A DNA stretch of 64,000 bases from an uncultured Planctomycetota bacterium (GTDB taxonomy: Bacteria; Planctomycetota; Planctomycetia; Gemmatales; Gemmataceae). Shown piece by piece: positions 46,260-57,496 of the stretch. A program made the position numbers and the translations under genes. Within the stretch, counting starts at the first letter, position 1. Every line of letters begins with the position of its first letter. Below the pieces are notes generated by a model, which saw only the letters and a program-made list of their open reading frames with translations, was not told where the DNA came from and ran no database searches. The stretch is from NCBI GenBank assembly GCA_963849325.1, contig CAWKHF010000006.1, forward strand, positions 640,001-704,000. Direction: 5' to 3'.

Positions 46260-47162
46260 TCACACGTCGCACAGCGTCACGGCCTCTTCGAGTCCCCGAG
46301 CCGGGTCGCGCGTCGGTATGAATTCCTGACCGACGTAGCCCTGATATTTCACGTCCACCAGCGCCCGCATGATCGGTGGATAATTGATCTCCTGCTTGTC
46401 GTCCAATTCGGCCCGGCCGGGATTGCCGGCGGTGTGAACGTGGCCGATGAACTCGGCATATTGACGGAGACGACGGATCACGTCGCCGTCCATGATCTGG
46501 ACGTGGTAGATGTCAAAGAGCAGCTTCAGGCGCGGCGAACCGACCTGCTTGATGATCTCCATGCAATAATCGGTGTGGTCGCCCTGGTAGCCGGGATGTC
46601 CCTTCATCTCCTCGTTGACGCGGCTGTTGAGCATCTCCAGGCACAGCGTCACCTTCTTCTGTTCCGCGTAACCGACGATCTTCTTGTAACCGGCCACGCA
46701 GTTTTTCAGGCCGACGTCATCGGGAACGTCCTCGCGGAAGCCGGTGAAGGTGATAACGTTGGGAAAATGAGCGGCGGCGCAGGCGTCGATGGCCGCCCGC
46801 ATCTTGTCGATGCACATCTCCTGATATTTGGGGTTGTTCATGCCCTTCTCAAAGGTGTGACTGCTGGCGATGGCGCAGACCAGGCCGTGCTTTTGCAGCG
46901 TCGGCCAGTCCTTGGGATCGACCAGCTCGACGCTCCGGCAGCCGAGCCGTTTGGCCTGCCGGCACAGCTCGTCGATGTTCCAGTGCTTTTTGAAACACCA
47001 CTGCACGATCGATTGCTGGATGCGCTTGTTCTTGACGGCGGGTTCCTCGGCCCGCGCGGCCCGAGTGCCGGCGCCCAGGGCGCCGGCGACAGCGAGTTGG
47101 GCGGCCCCTTGAAGAACATGACGGCGCGTGATTCGCGGCGAGGACGGGACGTTGGGGGACAT
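46260..47162 (-). CDS. Tat-exported hydroxypyruvate-isomerase-family TIM barrel
   Basis: TRRHVL Tat motif, LEMLNS, LFDIYHVQ, HTAGNPGR, GQEF. Confidence 0.88.
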   Translation of the reverse strand: MSPNVPSSPRITRRHVLQGAAQLAVAGALGAGTRAARAEEPAVKNKRIQQSIVQWCFKKHWNIDELCRQAKRLGCRSVELVDPKDWPTLQKHGLVCAIASSHTFEKGMNNPKYQEMCIDKMRAAIDACAAAHFPNVITFTGFREDVPDDVGLKNCVAGYKKIVGYAEQKKVTLCLEMLNSRVNEEMKGHPGYQGDHTDYCMEIIKQVGSPRLKLLFDIYHVQIMDGDVIRRLRQYAEFIGHVHTAGNPGRAELDDKQEINYPPIMRALVDVKYQGYVGQEFIPTRDPARGLEEAVTLCDV

Positions 47163-47292
47163 GGTTCGCTCCTGGCTTTTCACCTCGTGAGGTTGTTTGT
47201 CGGGGATGAGGACAGAGATCAGTATGGAGGAGTCGCGGAGGTTTGGCAACGATGTTCTCGCGGTTGCTGACCCTTCCGCTGAGGAATCCGCC

Positions 47293-47321
47293 TTGACAGG
47301 GACAGGGTGACTTCCTATCGT
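47293..47321 (+). promoter_or_regulatory. Candidate sigma70 promoter for the flgI-like/smc unit
   Basis: TTGACA-N17-TATCGT about 90 nt upstream of the start codon. Confidence 0.5.
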
Positions 47322-47413
47322 CCGCCCCTTCTCAATGGCTTCGGTCGGGATCGGAGAGGAGGGCCGGGCGGCGTCCGGCTCGTTCGGGCTGCCATCCATC
47401 GGGGGCGAAGTCC

Positions 47414-49300
47414 ATGAACCGTCGTAGCGGAAACAAGCGTCTGCGGGGAGCCGGCTATTGGGCCGGGCAAGGGGTGCTGGGGGCCGTGCTGCTCGGATTG
47501 CTCGGGCTGCTCGGATGCACCTCCCTGCAGACGCGCTTGCAATCCGAGGATGAGGCCGAACACTACTACGTCGATACCGTCGGCGACAAGACGACGGTCG
47601 GCAACGCGGCGCCGCAGCCGGTCGGCGGCGTCGGCCTGGTCGTCGGCCTGGAGGGCAGCGGCGGCGATTGTCCGCCCGATGCCTACCGGGCCATGCTGGA
47701 GAACGACCTGCTCAAGCAGCGCGTCCGCAAGGTGAAGGAAGTGATGACCGACTCCAATCACGCCATGGTCCTCGATCTCCGGCCTGATTCCGCCGGGGGC
47801 GAGCAAGGACGACGCGATCGATCTGGAGGTGAGGCTGCCCGAGCACAGCCGGGCCACCAGCCTGCGCGGCGGCTACCTGATGAAGTGTACGTTGTTCAAC
47901 TACGACTTCGCCGAACGATTGCATCCCGATCCCAACGGCCCGCACGGCATGTTGCGCGGCCATCCTCTGGTCGAGGCCGAGGGCAGTCTCCTGGTCGGCC
48001 TGGGCGACGGCGACGACGCGGTGCGCGTCAAGTGCGGCCGCATCTGGGGCGGCGGACGCTGCCTGGCGCCGACGCCGTTCAGCCTCATCCTGAATCCCGG
48101 CCAGCAGTATGCGCGCGTCTCCTCCCTGATCGCCGACCGCATCAACGAGACGTTCCAGGCCGGCTTCCACGGCGAGGCGAGCTCGGCCGTGGCCTCGGCC
48201 CAGGCCAACACCGGCGTCATGCTGCGCGTGCCGCCGCAATATCGCCTCAACAGGCCACGCTTCCTGCGCGTCGTCCGCCTGATCCCGCTGACCACGCAGC
48301 TCGACCTGCCGAGCGGCAAGGGCGACGACCATCGCTCGTACCGCCAGAAGTTGGCCGACGACCTGCTCGATCCGTCGCGGACAGTGACGGCCGCTCTGCG
48401 CCTGGAGGCACTGGGCGAAATCAGCCGCATGGCCCTGAAAAAAGGCCTGGAGGGCCAGCATCCCCTGGTGCGCTTCTGCTCGGCCGAGGCCCTCGCGTAC
48501 CTCGGCGACCCGTCGTGCGCCGACGAGTTGGCCAAGGCCGTGGCCCATTCGCCGGTCCTGCGCTCCTTCGGCTTGACGGCCATGGCGTCGCTCGACGAGC
48601 ACGTCTGCCACGTCAAGCTGGGCGAACTGCTGACGACGGCCCGAGACGACGAGACGCGCTACGGCGCCTTCCGCGCCTGCGCGAGCTGAATCCGCGCGGC
48701 CGTCTCGTCCAGGGCGAGCTGCTCAACGGATCGTTCTGGGTCCATCGCGTGGCTCCCAACACGGCGCCGTTGGTCCACATTTCGAGCACGAAGCGGCCGG
48801 AAATCGTGCTGTTCGGCGAGGAGCCGATGCTGCGGCCGGACTTCGCTCTGCAAGGCGGCGAGTATGTCGTCACCGCCTCGAAGGACGACAAGCACTGTCA
48901 TCTCAGCCGCGTGCCGCTGCACGGCCCGCCGACGCGCCGCGACTGTTCGCTGGAGCTGGCCGAGGTGCTGCACACGCTGGCCGACATGGGTTGCCAGTAC
49001 CCGGAGGCCGTGACGCTGTTGCAGCAGGCCGACAGCGCCGGCGTTCTGTCCTGCCGGGTGCGTTGCGACGCGCTGCCGCAGTACACTACCGTCTACGAGT
49101 TGGCGAAGCTCGGCCAGAACAAGTCCGGCTCCGCGGACTCCGACGCCGAGCTGGTGCCGGCCGGTCAGGACCTGGGGGTGACGCCGACGCTGTTCGACAA
49201 CGGGCTGTCCTCCCTGTCGTCGCGTCTGCGACAGCAGCAGATGTTGCTCAACGACGCCAAATCGGGCAAGGAGGGGCAAGCCGCTGGCTCGCCGGAGTAG
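47414..49300 (+). CDS. FlgI (P-ring)-like lipoprotein with HEAT-like repeats; frameshifts near 47775 and 48680
   Basis: LLGC lipobox, VGGVGLVVGLEGSG, ATSLRGGYL, AALRLEALG, VRFCSAEALAYL. Confidence 0.75.
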   Translation: MNRRSGNKRLRGAGYWAGQGVLGAVLLGLLGLLGCTSLQTRLQSEDEAEHYYVDTVGDKTTVGNAAPQPVGGVGLVVGLEGSGGDCPPDAYRAMLENDLLKQRVRKVKEVMTDSNHAMVLDLRPDSAGGEQGRRDRSGGEAARAQPGHQPARRLPDEVYVVQLRLRRTIASRSQRPARHVARPSSGRGRGQSPGRPGRRRRRGARQVRPHLGRRTLPGADAVQPHPESRPAVCARLLPDRRPHQRDVPGRLPRRGELGRGLGPGQHRRHAARAAAISPQQATLPARRPPDPADHAARPAERQGRRPSLVPPEVGRRPARSVADSDGRSAPGGTGRNQPHGPEKRPGGPASPGALLLGRGPRVPRRPVVRRRVGQGRGPFAGPALLRLDGHGVARRARLPRQAGRTADDGPRRRDALRRLPRLRELNPRGRLVQGELLNGSFWVHRVAPNTAPLVHISSTKRPEIVLFGEEPMLRPDFALQGGEYVVTASKDDKHCHLSRVPLHGPPTRRDCSLELAEVLHTLADMGCQYPEAVTLLQQADSAGVLSCRVRCDALPQYTTVYELAKLGQNKSGSADSDAELVPAGQDLGVTPTLFDNGLSSLSSRLRQQQMLLNDAKSGKEGQAAGSPE

Positions 49301-49435
49301 ACGCTTCGCTAGAATAGCGGTTGACGATTGACGAAGTGAACCGAGCCGGGACCGTCAGGGAGCGGACGCCCATGCCCGTCCCCCGCTCCCGACGGTCGCG
49401 GCTCGGTCTGGCCCCTCTAACTGCGGTGACCGTTC

Positions 49436-52400
49436 ATGCTCAAGCGCCTGGAACTGGTGGGCTTCAAATCGTTCGCCGATAAAACGTCGTTCGATTTCGC
49501 GCCGGGCGTGACGGCCATTGTCGGGCCTAACGGGTCCGGTAAGTCCAATATCGTCGACGGCGTGCGCTGGGTCCTGGGCGAGCAGAGCGCCAAGAGCCTG
49601 CGCGGCGGCGAAATGGCCGACGTCATCTTCAACGGCTCGGCGTCGCGGCGCAGCCTGGGGCTGGCCGAAGTCAGCATGACCTTCGACAACAGCCGCCGCG
49701 CCCTGGCCACCCCCGCCGAGGAAGTGCAGATCAGCCGCCGCGTCTACCGCGGCGGCGAGGGCGAATACCTCCTCAACGGCCAGGTCTGCCGCCTCAAGGA
49801 CATTAAAGACCTCTTTCTCGGCAGCGGCGCCGGCAGCGACGCCTACTGCATCATCGAACAGGGCCGCGTCGATGTCTTGTTGCAAGCCTCGACCAAGGAA
49901 CGCCGCACCATCTTCGAGGAGGCGGCCGGCATCAGCCGTTTCAAGGCCAAGAAGGTCGAGACGCTGCGCCGCCTGGAGCGCGTCGATCAGAACGTCGCCC
50001 GCCTGCGCGACATCCTCGACGAGGTCGAGAAGCAGCTGCGCAGCGTCAAGCTGCAAGCGGCCAAGGCCCAGCGTTACCAGGAATACGCCCAGCGCCTCAA
50101 GCAGCTCCGCGTTGCGCTCGGTCTGCAAGAGTATCACCAGCTGAGTGAAAGCCTCCAGTCCGAGACGGCCGTGCTCGACCGCCTGCGCGCCGAACTGACC
50201 GAGCAGACGGCGCAGGCCGACGTCTGGGAGAACGAGCTGCGCCAGCTGGAGGAAGCGCTGGGACGGCTCGACGCCTCGATCCGCGAACAGGCGGCGGAGC
50301 TGGCCGCGGCGCGCGAGCAGATCGCCTCGCACGAGGCGACGCTGTCGCACGAATGGACGCTGGCCGAGGACGTCGAGAAAGAGCTGGCCCGCGCCCGACA
50401 GCGGCGCGCCGAGCTAAGTCGGCACGTCACCGAACTGTCCGAGACGGCCGGCCGGGTCGAGGAGGAACTGCGGCAGGTCGAGGCGACGTGTCAGGCGCAG
50501 CAGCGCGACGTGCAGCAGCGCGAGGAACAGTTGCAGGCGACGGAGGCACGTCTGGCCGAACTGCGCGGGCAGGTGCTGCGCGAGGACGGCGAACATCTGG
50601 AGTGCATGCGCCAGGCCGGCCGGCTCAAGAACGACGCCATCAGCTACAAGGCCCAGGTCGATAACCTGACGCGCGAGCGGATGCGTCTGTTGCAGCGCAG
50701 CGAGCAGGCCGCCGAGCATTTGGCCTCGCTGGACCTGGAGCTGCAAGAGCTGAGCGCCGCCGAGGAGGAGCTGCAAACGCGGTTGGTCAGCGCCCGGCAG
50801 GCGCTGACCGAGCTGCGCCAGGAGCGCGATCGGCTGCGGCAGCTGCGCGACGAGACGACGCAGCGAGCTTCCGATCTGCGGGCGCAGCGCAGCGGCCTGG
50901 TTAGCCGCATCGAGGTGCTGGAAGGACTGGAACGCAGTCACGAAGGGCTGGGCACCGGCCCGCGCGAGCTGTTCGCCCTGCTCGAACAGCCGGACCCGGG
51001 ACCGTGGCGCACCGTCCTGGGTCTCCTCGCCGAGTTCCTCACCGTGCGCCGCGAATACGCGCCGCTCATCGACCTGGCCCTGGGCGATCGCGCCGCAGCG
51101 CTTCCTGGTGCGCGATACCGATCAGTTGGCCCAGGCGCTGCGCCAGCGCAGTCAGCCGTTTTCGAGCCGGGTCAGTTTCTTGCCGCTGACGGTGGGACCG
51201 GCAACCCGTCCGTCGCGGCCCCGGACAGGCGAGACGCCGGTCCCAGCCTCCGCGCTGGCGTCGGGCCAGGGTCCGCTGCCCATCGAGGGCGTGCCGGTCC
51301 ACCCCGGCGTCATCGCCCTGGCCGAGCAAGTGGTCCGCTGCGACAATCCGGAGCTGGCCGATCTGCCCGCGCGTCTGCTGGCCGGCACGCTGATCGTGCG
51401 CGACCTGACCGCGGCGCGGCGCTCGCCCCCCATCTGCCCGGCCATCGCTTCGTCACGCTGCACGGCGAATTGCTGGAAGCGGACGGCACACTGACCGTCG
51501 GCACGCACCACGCCGAGACCGGCATTCTGTCGCGCAAGAGCGAGCTGCGCGAGCTGCGCGAGCAGGTGGCCGAACTCGACCGCCGTCTGAGCGAGCTGGA
51601 CCGCGATCTGATCGACCTGCGCGAGGCGCTGGCCCTGCTCGACAGCCGGGCCGAGAACGGCCAGCTGGAAATCGACGTGCTGTCGGAGCAGGTGTCCGAC
51701 CTGCGTTCGCGCATCGGCCAGCACCGCCAGCGGCGCGAGGGCTTGCACGAGGAAGTGCAGGTCAGCCGCAGCGAGATCAGCGGCCTGGAGCAAGAAATCG
51801 CCAACCTTGACCAGTCATGGCGGCAGGCCCGCGACCATGCTGCTCGCGCCGACGCCGAGGTGCAGCGGCTTCACGCTCGGCTCGAAGAGGCCAAGCGCGA
51901 GATCCGCGAGCACGAATCGCACCAGCAAGAACGCCAGCAAGAAGCGACGACGGTGCGCGTGGCACTGGCCCAGATCGAGGAACGTCTCACCGCTCTGCGC
52001 GCCCGCCACGAACAGATCGAGACGGACCTGCGCCAGCGCATCCAGGAACGCGAGCAGACACAGCGGCAGCAGGCCGCGACGCTCGCGCGTCAGCAAGAGA
52101 ACCAGCGAACGCTGCTGGAGGCGTCGTCGTCGCTGGCCGCCTGGTATCTCCGCAAGGAGGCCGCCGAACGACAACTCGCCGAGTGGGGCCGCGATCGCGC
52201 CCGGCTGCACCAGGAACGACAGCAGCGCAACGAGCAGGCCCAGGCCAGCCGCAACACCTGGCGCGCCCAGCAGGAGCAGGCCCACGCCCGCGAGCTGACC
52301 GTCAACGACCTGCGCCACCGCCGCGATTCGCTGTGCACGCGGCTGCACGAAGAGTACGAGATCGACCTCGCCGTCCTTTACGCGAAGCAGCGGCACCGCC

Positions 52401-53155
52401 AGTACGCAGTCGACGACCGCAACCTCGCGATGACGGAGGGCGAGATGCGCCAGCGCAAGCCGGTCCTGTCTCCCGAGCAGGAAATCGAGGAGCTGCGCCG
52501 CAAGCTCAGCCGGCTCGGCAGCGTCAACCTCGACGCCCTGCAAGAGTTGGCCGAGCTGGAAGCGCGGGCCGGCGCCTTGCAGATCCAGTACGACGACCTG
52601 ACGTCGGCGCAGAAAGCCTTGCAGGAGATCATCGCCAAGATCAACGGCGACAGTCGCAAGCTATTCGGCGAGACCTTCGCCACCATCCGCACCCACTTTC
52701 AGGAGCTGTTCCGCAAGCTGTTCGGCGGCGGCATGGCCGACATCGTTCTGGAGGACGAGACCGACATCCTGGAGAGCGGCATCGAGGTCATCGCCCGACC
52801 GCCCGGCAAGGAGCTGCGCAGCATCTCGCTAATGTCCGGCGGCGAGAAGACCATGACGGCGGTGGCCCTGCTGTTGGCCATCTTCCGCAGCAAGCCCAGT
52901 CCGTTCTGCATCCTCGACGAGGTGGACGCGGCGCTGGATGAGGCGAACATCAACCGCTTCACGGCGGTGCTGCGCGACTTCCTCGATCGCTCGCAGTTCA
53001 TCATCATCACGCACTCGAAGCGCACGATGGCCTGTGCCGACATGCTGTATGGCATCACCATGCAGGAGTCCGGCATCTCGCGGCGAATTGCGGTTCGCTT
53101 CGAGGATTGGCCCGATGATGAGAAGACACCGCAGGAGGCGAAAGAAGCATCATGA
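49436..53155 (+). CDS. smc: Chromosome segregation protein SMC; compensating frameshifts in the hinge region
   Basis: [19 protein letters not shown], coiled coils, [16 protein letters not shown]. Confidence 0.97.
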   Translation: MLKRLELVGFKSFADKTSFDFAPGVTAIVGPNGSGKSNIVDGVRWVLGEQSAKSLRGGEMADVIFNGSASRRSLGLAEVSMTFDNSRRALATPAEEVQISRRVYRGGEGEYLLNGQVCRLKDIKDLFLGSGAGSDAYCIIEQGRVDVLLQASTKERRTIFEEAAGISRFKAKKVETLRRLERVDQNVARLRDILDEVEKQLRSVKLQAAKAQRYQEYAQRLKQLRVALGLQEYHQLSESLQSETAVLDRLRAELTEQTAQADVWENELRQLEEALGRLDASIREQAAELAAAREQIASHEATLSHEWTLAEDVEKELARARQRRAELSRHVTELSETAGRVEEELRQVEATCQAQQRDVQQREEQLQATEARLAELRGQVLREDGEHLECMRQAGRLKNDAISYKAQVDNLTRERMRLLQRSEQAAEHLASLDLELQELSAAEEELQTRLVSARQALTELRQERDRLRQLRDETTQRASDLRAQRSGLVSRIEVLEGLERSHEGLGTGPRELFALLEQPDPGPWRTVLGLLAEFLTVRREYAPLIDLALGDRAAALPGARYRSVGPGAAPAQSAVFEPGQFLAADGGTGNPSVAAPDRRDAGPSLRAGVGPGSAAHRGRAGPPRRHRPGRASGPLRQSGAGRSARASAGRHADRARPDRGAALAPHLPGHRFVTLHGELLEADGTLTVGTHHAETGILSRKSELRELREQVAELDRRLSELDRDLIDLREALALLDSRAENGQLEIDVLSEQVSDLRSRIGQHRQRREGLHEEVQVSRSEISGLEQEIANLDQSWRQARDHAARADAEVQRLHARLEEAKREIREHESHQQERQQEATTVRVALAQIEERLTALRARHEQIETDLRQRIQEREQTQRQQAATLARQQENQRTLLEASSSLAAWYLRKEAAERQLAEWGRDRARLHQERQQRNEQAQASRNTWRAQQEQAHARELTVNDLRHRRDSLCTRLHEEYEIDLAVLYAKQRHRQYAVDDRNLAMTEGEMRQRKPVLSPEQEIEELRRKLSRLGSVNLDALQELAELEARAGALQIQYDDLTSAQKALQEIIAKINGDSRKLFGETFATIRTHFQELFRKLFGGGMADIVLEDETDILESGIEVIARPPGKELRSISLMSGGEKTMTAVALLLAIFRSKPSPFCILDEVDAALDEANINRFTAVLRDFLDRSQFIIITHSKRTMACADMLYGITMQESGISRRIAVRFEDWPDDEKTPQEAKEAS

Positions 53156-53219
53156 GGACACAGGGAACAGGGTCGTCAAAACGGAGGATACCGCGTGGCT
53201 GGCAAGAAAAAAGCCAAGG

Positions 53220-53906
53220 ATGAGCAGGCAGAAGAGGCCCAGGCCAAGGAGAGTCGCGGCTGCCCCACTGGATAACGAGCAGGAGAAGGCGGCTTGCAAT
53301 CCCGTTCCCGTGAAGAGAGATAAGTTTCATGACGCCGCCGTTATCCCCTATGGATGCACGATCGAACATATCTACCAAGCGATGAATGACTTCCTCCATT
53401 TCCTTGGCTTCATCAACGCCCAATTGAACTCGAAGGGGATTCAACGTCTTGAATCCATGCTCATGCCGGCCAACTTCAGCAGCATGGTCGGGGAGTTCAT
53501 GACCGCGACCATCCCGAAGTATTGCCCGGCCGTTGCGAAGAACCTCTACCACAATGGACACCCCGACCTGCTGCCCAGAGCGATGTTTCCCGCCGATTCT
53601 CTTCAGCACGGCACCGAGGGCATCGAAATCAAGGCTTCGCGCTACAGCAGCGGCTGGCAAGGACACAATGCCGAAGAATGCTGGTTGATGGTCGTCGTCT
53701 TCGAGAGCAATCGCCCCGCCGACATGGCCAAGAACGCGCTGCGGATACCCTTCCGGTTCAAGTCCGTATTCCTGGGACGACTCACTCTCGCGGATTGGAG
53801 CTTTTCCGGAAGGAGCAAAAAGAGTCGCCGGACCATCACGGCCAGCGTGACAAAATCGGGATACGAGAAAATGACCAAGAACTGGATTTATCGGGACGAG
53901 GATTGA
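53220..53906 (+). CDS. Putative type II restriction endonuclease
   Basis: HPDLL...GIEIKAS PD-(D/E)XK pattern; convergent with a methyltransferase; lower GC. Confidence 0.65.
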   Translation: MSRQKRPRPRRVAAAPLDNEQEKAACNPVPVKRDKFHDAAVIPYGCTIEHIYQAMNDFLHFLGFINAQLNSKGIQRLESMLMPANFSSMVGEFMTATIPKYCPAVAKNLYHNGHPDLLPRAMFPADSLQHGTEGIEIKASRYSSGWQGHNAEECWLMVVVFESNRPADMAKNALRIPFRFKSVFLGRLTLADWSFSGRSKKSRRTITASVTKSGYEKMTKNWIYRDED

Positions 53907-53955
53907 AGGACGGGGATACCCGACGGCCGGATTGAGGCCGGCGCATTGAAAGGTG

Positions 53956-54954
53956 TCAGAACAAGAGAGGTTCAGGTTTGTTAAGCGTCGGAGTGCGGAT
54001 GCGGGTGAGGCAGGGGACCGCCTCGCAGGCGAGAGCGAAGTAATCGGCCAATCGCTCAACACCAAGACTGGCAATGCCGAGAGCCTCCGCCGCGGCCACG
54101 GTCGATCCAGACCCCATGAATGGGTCGGCGACGATTCCGACTCCGATCGGCAAAGCGGCATGGACGAGTTGGCGGAGGAAAGACTGTGGTTTGAGGCTGG
54201 GATGGTTGGCGATCTGCGCTCCGCTTTGGGAGTACGTTCGCTCTCCATGACATCCTCGAACGGTAAGCCATTTATCCGGCGCCGTAGTCCTCCGGTCTGG
54301 TACTCGCGAAGGCAATCGCTGACTTTCATCCCCGCAGGCATCGGCTTGCGGAACAACCCCCACGGTTCATAGCAACCGCGCGAAGTGAGGATACATCGGG
54401 GAACTCTCCCTCTGCGTTCTTGGGACGGTCGCCGCCACGAAGCGTCCGAACGAGGCGGATGATCTCTCCACGAAACTCGAATCCCCCTTCCACCACTGCG
54501 GAGAAGACGAATTGCGATAGAAAAGCGTTGCTGGCAAGGAATAGGTGCCCGCCGGGCGCAAGACCCGCACAGCGAGTTTGGCCCACTCGACAAAAAAGCA
54601 CCGAAGTTGTTCCCGTTCTTTCGGATTGAGAGCGGTAAAGCGGGGGAGTGGAGACCGCGTGTGACCGTCGAAAGAGGGCGGGATGCGCCAAATTCCTCCT
54701 TTGCCATTCGTTCGTTTCGTCAACTGCTCGAAGTCGTATTCCTTCACGCCATAAGGAGGGTCCGTGACGATGGCGTGGACGCTGTTTTCCGCGATCCGCT
54801 CCATCCACTCGAAGCAGTCGGCGTGGATAAGCAGGGACGAGCCAAAGGACTGAAACCGATAATCGAGACGAAACAATTCGAAGTTGATTCCATCCGGCAT
54901 GGCATCCCTCCGTATACTTGCGTACATCCTATCATGGAGAGATGACATCGGCAA
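53956..54954 (-). CDS. Beta-class amino-DNA methyltransferase; frameshifts
   Basis: DCFEWM, VTDPPY (motif IV), HPSLKP, DPFMGSG (motif I) in successive frames; start uncertain. Confidence 0.88.
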
Positions 54955-55094
54955 CTGATTGCTTCCTCCTATGGTCCTTTCCCTCCACTTCTTTTCGTCA
55001 TATTCGGAAACGCCTATCTACTCGATGAGAGAACCCAGTCGAGGATCGCTTGCCGCAATGCAGCAGGCCGGGGAAAAGTTCGTCCGATCCACGA

Positions 55095-55917
55095 TCATTT
55101 TTTGACGTGCCACATCTTCAGAATCATGGCGTAGCCCCTCGGGTCATAGGTCTTTAGCTCCTTGCGGTCGAACGGCTGGTAATTGCAGCCAGAGAAATAC
55201 ATGCACGACAGTTCGGCGAAGTATTCCAGCTGGTTCACCAGCGCATACGCCTTCTCAATCGATTTGCCCTCCTCGTCCTTGACGTTGCGATAAAGGCCGT
55301 TTTTCATGGCGTTGTCCCAGGCGCGGAGAATGTCCGGCTGGTCTTCCGACCACTGCTCCAGATGGTAGGCGTGCGCGAATTCGTGAACGAGCGCCTTGAG
55401 TGCCCAGAACTCCGAGATGCGCAGGTAATTCTCGGCACAATAGATGACCACACAATCGCTCCAGCGCGGATCGAGAAGGCGGTGGTGCTTCGGGGCGTCC
55501 TTCTGGAAGTATTCCAGTCCATTATCGCGGCCGCCGCCCTTGGCCTTCGGGCCGTACAGCAGATAGATCGGCACTTTCCGCAGACGAGCGCGCGACGGCT
55601 CGGGCAGCAGCGCCAGCATCTTGGCCAGCATCTGTTTCAGCCGCAGCTGGGCCTGGCGCGACGCCGGGAGCTTCGGCCAGCAGTTGCTTCTCGACCATCA
55701 CGGTCCATTTATCGACGCGGAGTGTCTTGTATTCGCGGGTGGGCTTGCTGTAATCGACGGACTGCTGGGCGGGCGGAGGAGGAGTCTTCCGCTCTTCCGC
55801 ATGGGCATACCGAGGTAACTCGCCGACCGTGATGCACGTCCCGACGAGGAAGCAAAACGCTAGCACTCGTAACGCGAGAAAGGAGACGTTTCGAGAAGCC
55901 TGGGGAACTCGATCCAT
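55095..55917 (-). CDS. Secreted zinc metallopeptidase; frameshift near 55660
   Basis: Signal peptide, LVHEFAHAYH, NQLEYFAE. Confidence 0.8.
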
Positions 55918-55963
55918 TCCGAAGCTCCAGAGAAAATCGCTTAGACGTTGCCGTGTCCACGAT

Positions 55964-57371
55964 TCAGGACAGTAATCCAGGGATCGGCTCCCAGCCCGTC
56001 ATCGTCTGGGCGATCTCGCGCGGCGCCCGGGCACCAGGCGCAGCTCGCCGACGTCGAACAGCGTGTGCAGGATCGTGGCGATCAGGTTCTGGATGCGGAC
56101 GGGCTCGGACTGCGGCTCGCCGGCGTGGCGGTCGGACTGGCCGATGACCTGCCCCATCTTCAGGCCGCCGCCGGCCAGCAGCAGCGGGCCGAGGTTGCCC
56201 CAGTGGTCGCGGCCGCCGTTCTTGTTGATGCGTCGGCGTCCGGCCCATCTCGCCGCAGACGACCAGCAGGATTTGCTCGCTCAGGCCGCGCGCCTCGACG
56301 TCTTCGAGGAACGCCGACACGGCATGGTCGAGCGGCCGGCCCATGTAGCGCATGCCCTCGGCGACGCCGGCGTTGTTGACGTCGGCGTGCATGTCCCAGA
56401 CGAAATTCGTCGTCACGGTCACGAAGCCGCAGCCGCGCTCGCACAGCCGGCGGGCCAGCAGCAGCAGCTTGCCCAGCGACTTGGCGTTATCGACGTAGTT
56501 GTTGTAGTTCTTCCACTTCTTGTCGATGTTCTCGGGCCGGACCAGCGGCGCGGTGTCGTAGCGCGCGACGGTGCGCGGATCCTCCTTGGTCAGGTCGAAG
56601 GCGTCGGCGACGCCGCCGAGGATGGTCTCGAACGCCTGCTGCGCGCACGCGGTCCATGCCCTCGAAGCGCGCCCGCCTCGGCGAGCGTCCAGCTGCACGC
56701 GGTCGAGCTCGGCCAGCAGCCGGCGGCGGTCGTCCAGGCGCGTCGAGCGGGACAGTCAGGTGCATGTCTTGCTGCAGTCTGCCGCCGCCGCTGGGATCGA
56801 ACGGAGCGTAGGCGGCGCCGAACGGCCCGGTATCGCCGAACTTGCCGAAGGTCATCGGTGCCCGGCTGCGTGCTGGGGTCGACGGCGCGCGGGAACAGGA
56901 GCCACGTTGGTCGGCATGCCGGTGCCGGCGTGGTTGGTCGCCGGCCATGCGGGCGTAGACGGAGCCGAGGTTGGCGCCGAAGGTGTCGCGGCCGACGACC
57001 GGCTTGATGTCGTGGTTGCCGTCGCCGGGGACGAACGAGCGCACCACGGTCGAGCTTGTCGGCCAGGGCGGCCAGCCGCGGGAAGGTGCCGCCGAAGGTG
57101 ACGCCGGGCAGCCGCGTGGCGACCTCGCCGGTGGCGCTGCGGATGCTCGGCCGGGGCGCGACATCTTGGGGTCGAACGTCTCGATCTGGCTGGGGCCGCC
57201 GTGCAGGAAGAGGAAGATGACGGACTTGCCGGTGACAAGTTGTTTGTCACTGGCCGCCCGCGCCTGCGCGGCGAACAGGTCCGCCAGCGACAGGCCGCCC
57301 AGGGCCAGGCCGCCGACCGTGAGAAAGGCCCGGCGGTCGAAACGGCGTCCACCGTCGTGGATGGTGAGCAT
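55964..57371 (-). CDS. DUF1501 protein; many frameshifts
   Basis: DRRAFL, GGPSQIETFDPK, LLARRL, WDMH, GEMGRTP. Confidence 0.88.
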
Positions 57372-57496
57372 CAACGTTCCCCTTGCTCGCTATGTCCGCG
57401 TTCATCAGGGCGAGGTTGGTCCGATCCGGTGCGAACTTCAGGGTAACACGGCGAGCCCGAAGAAACCAGCATTCCATGCCTCGGACCATCCTTCAA

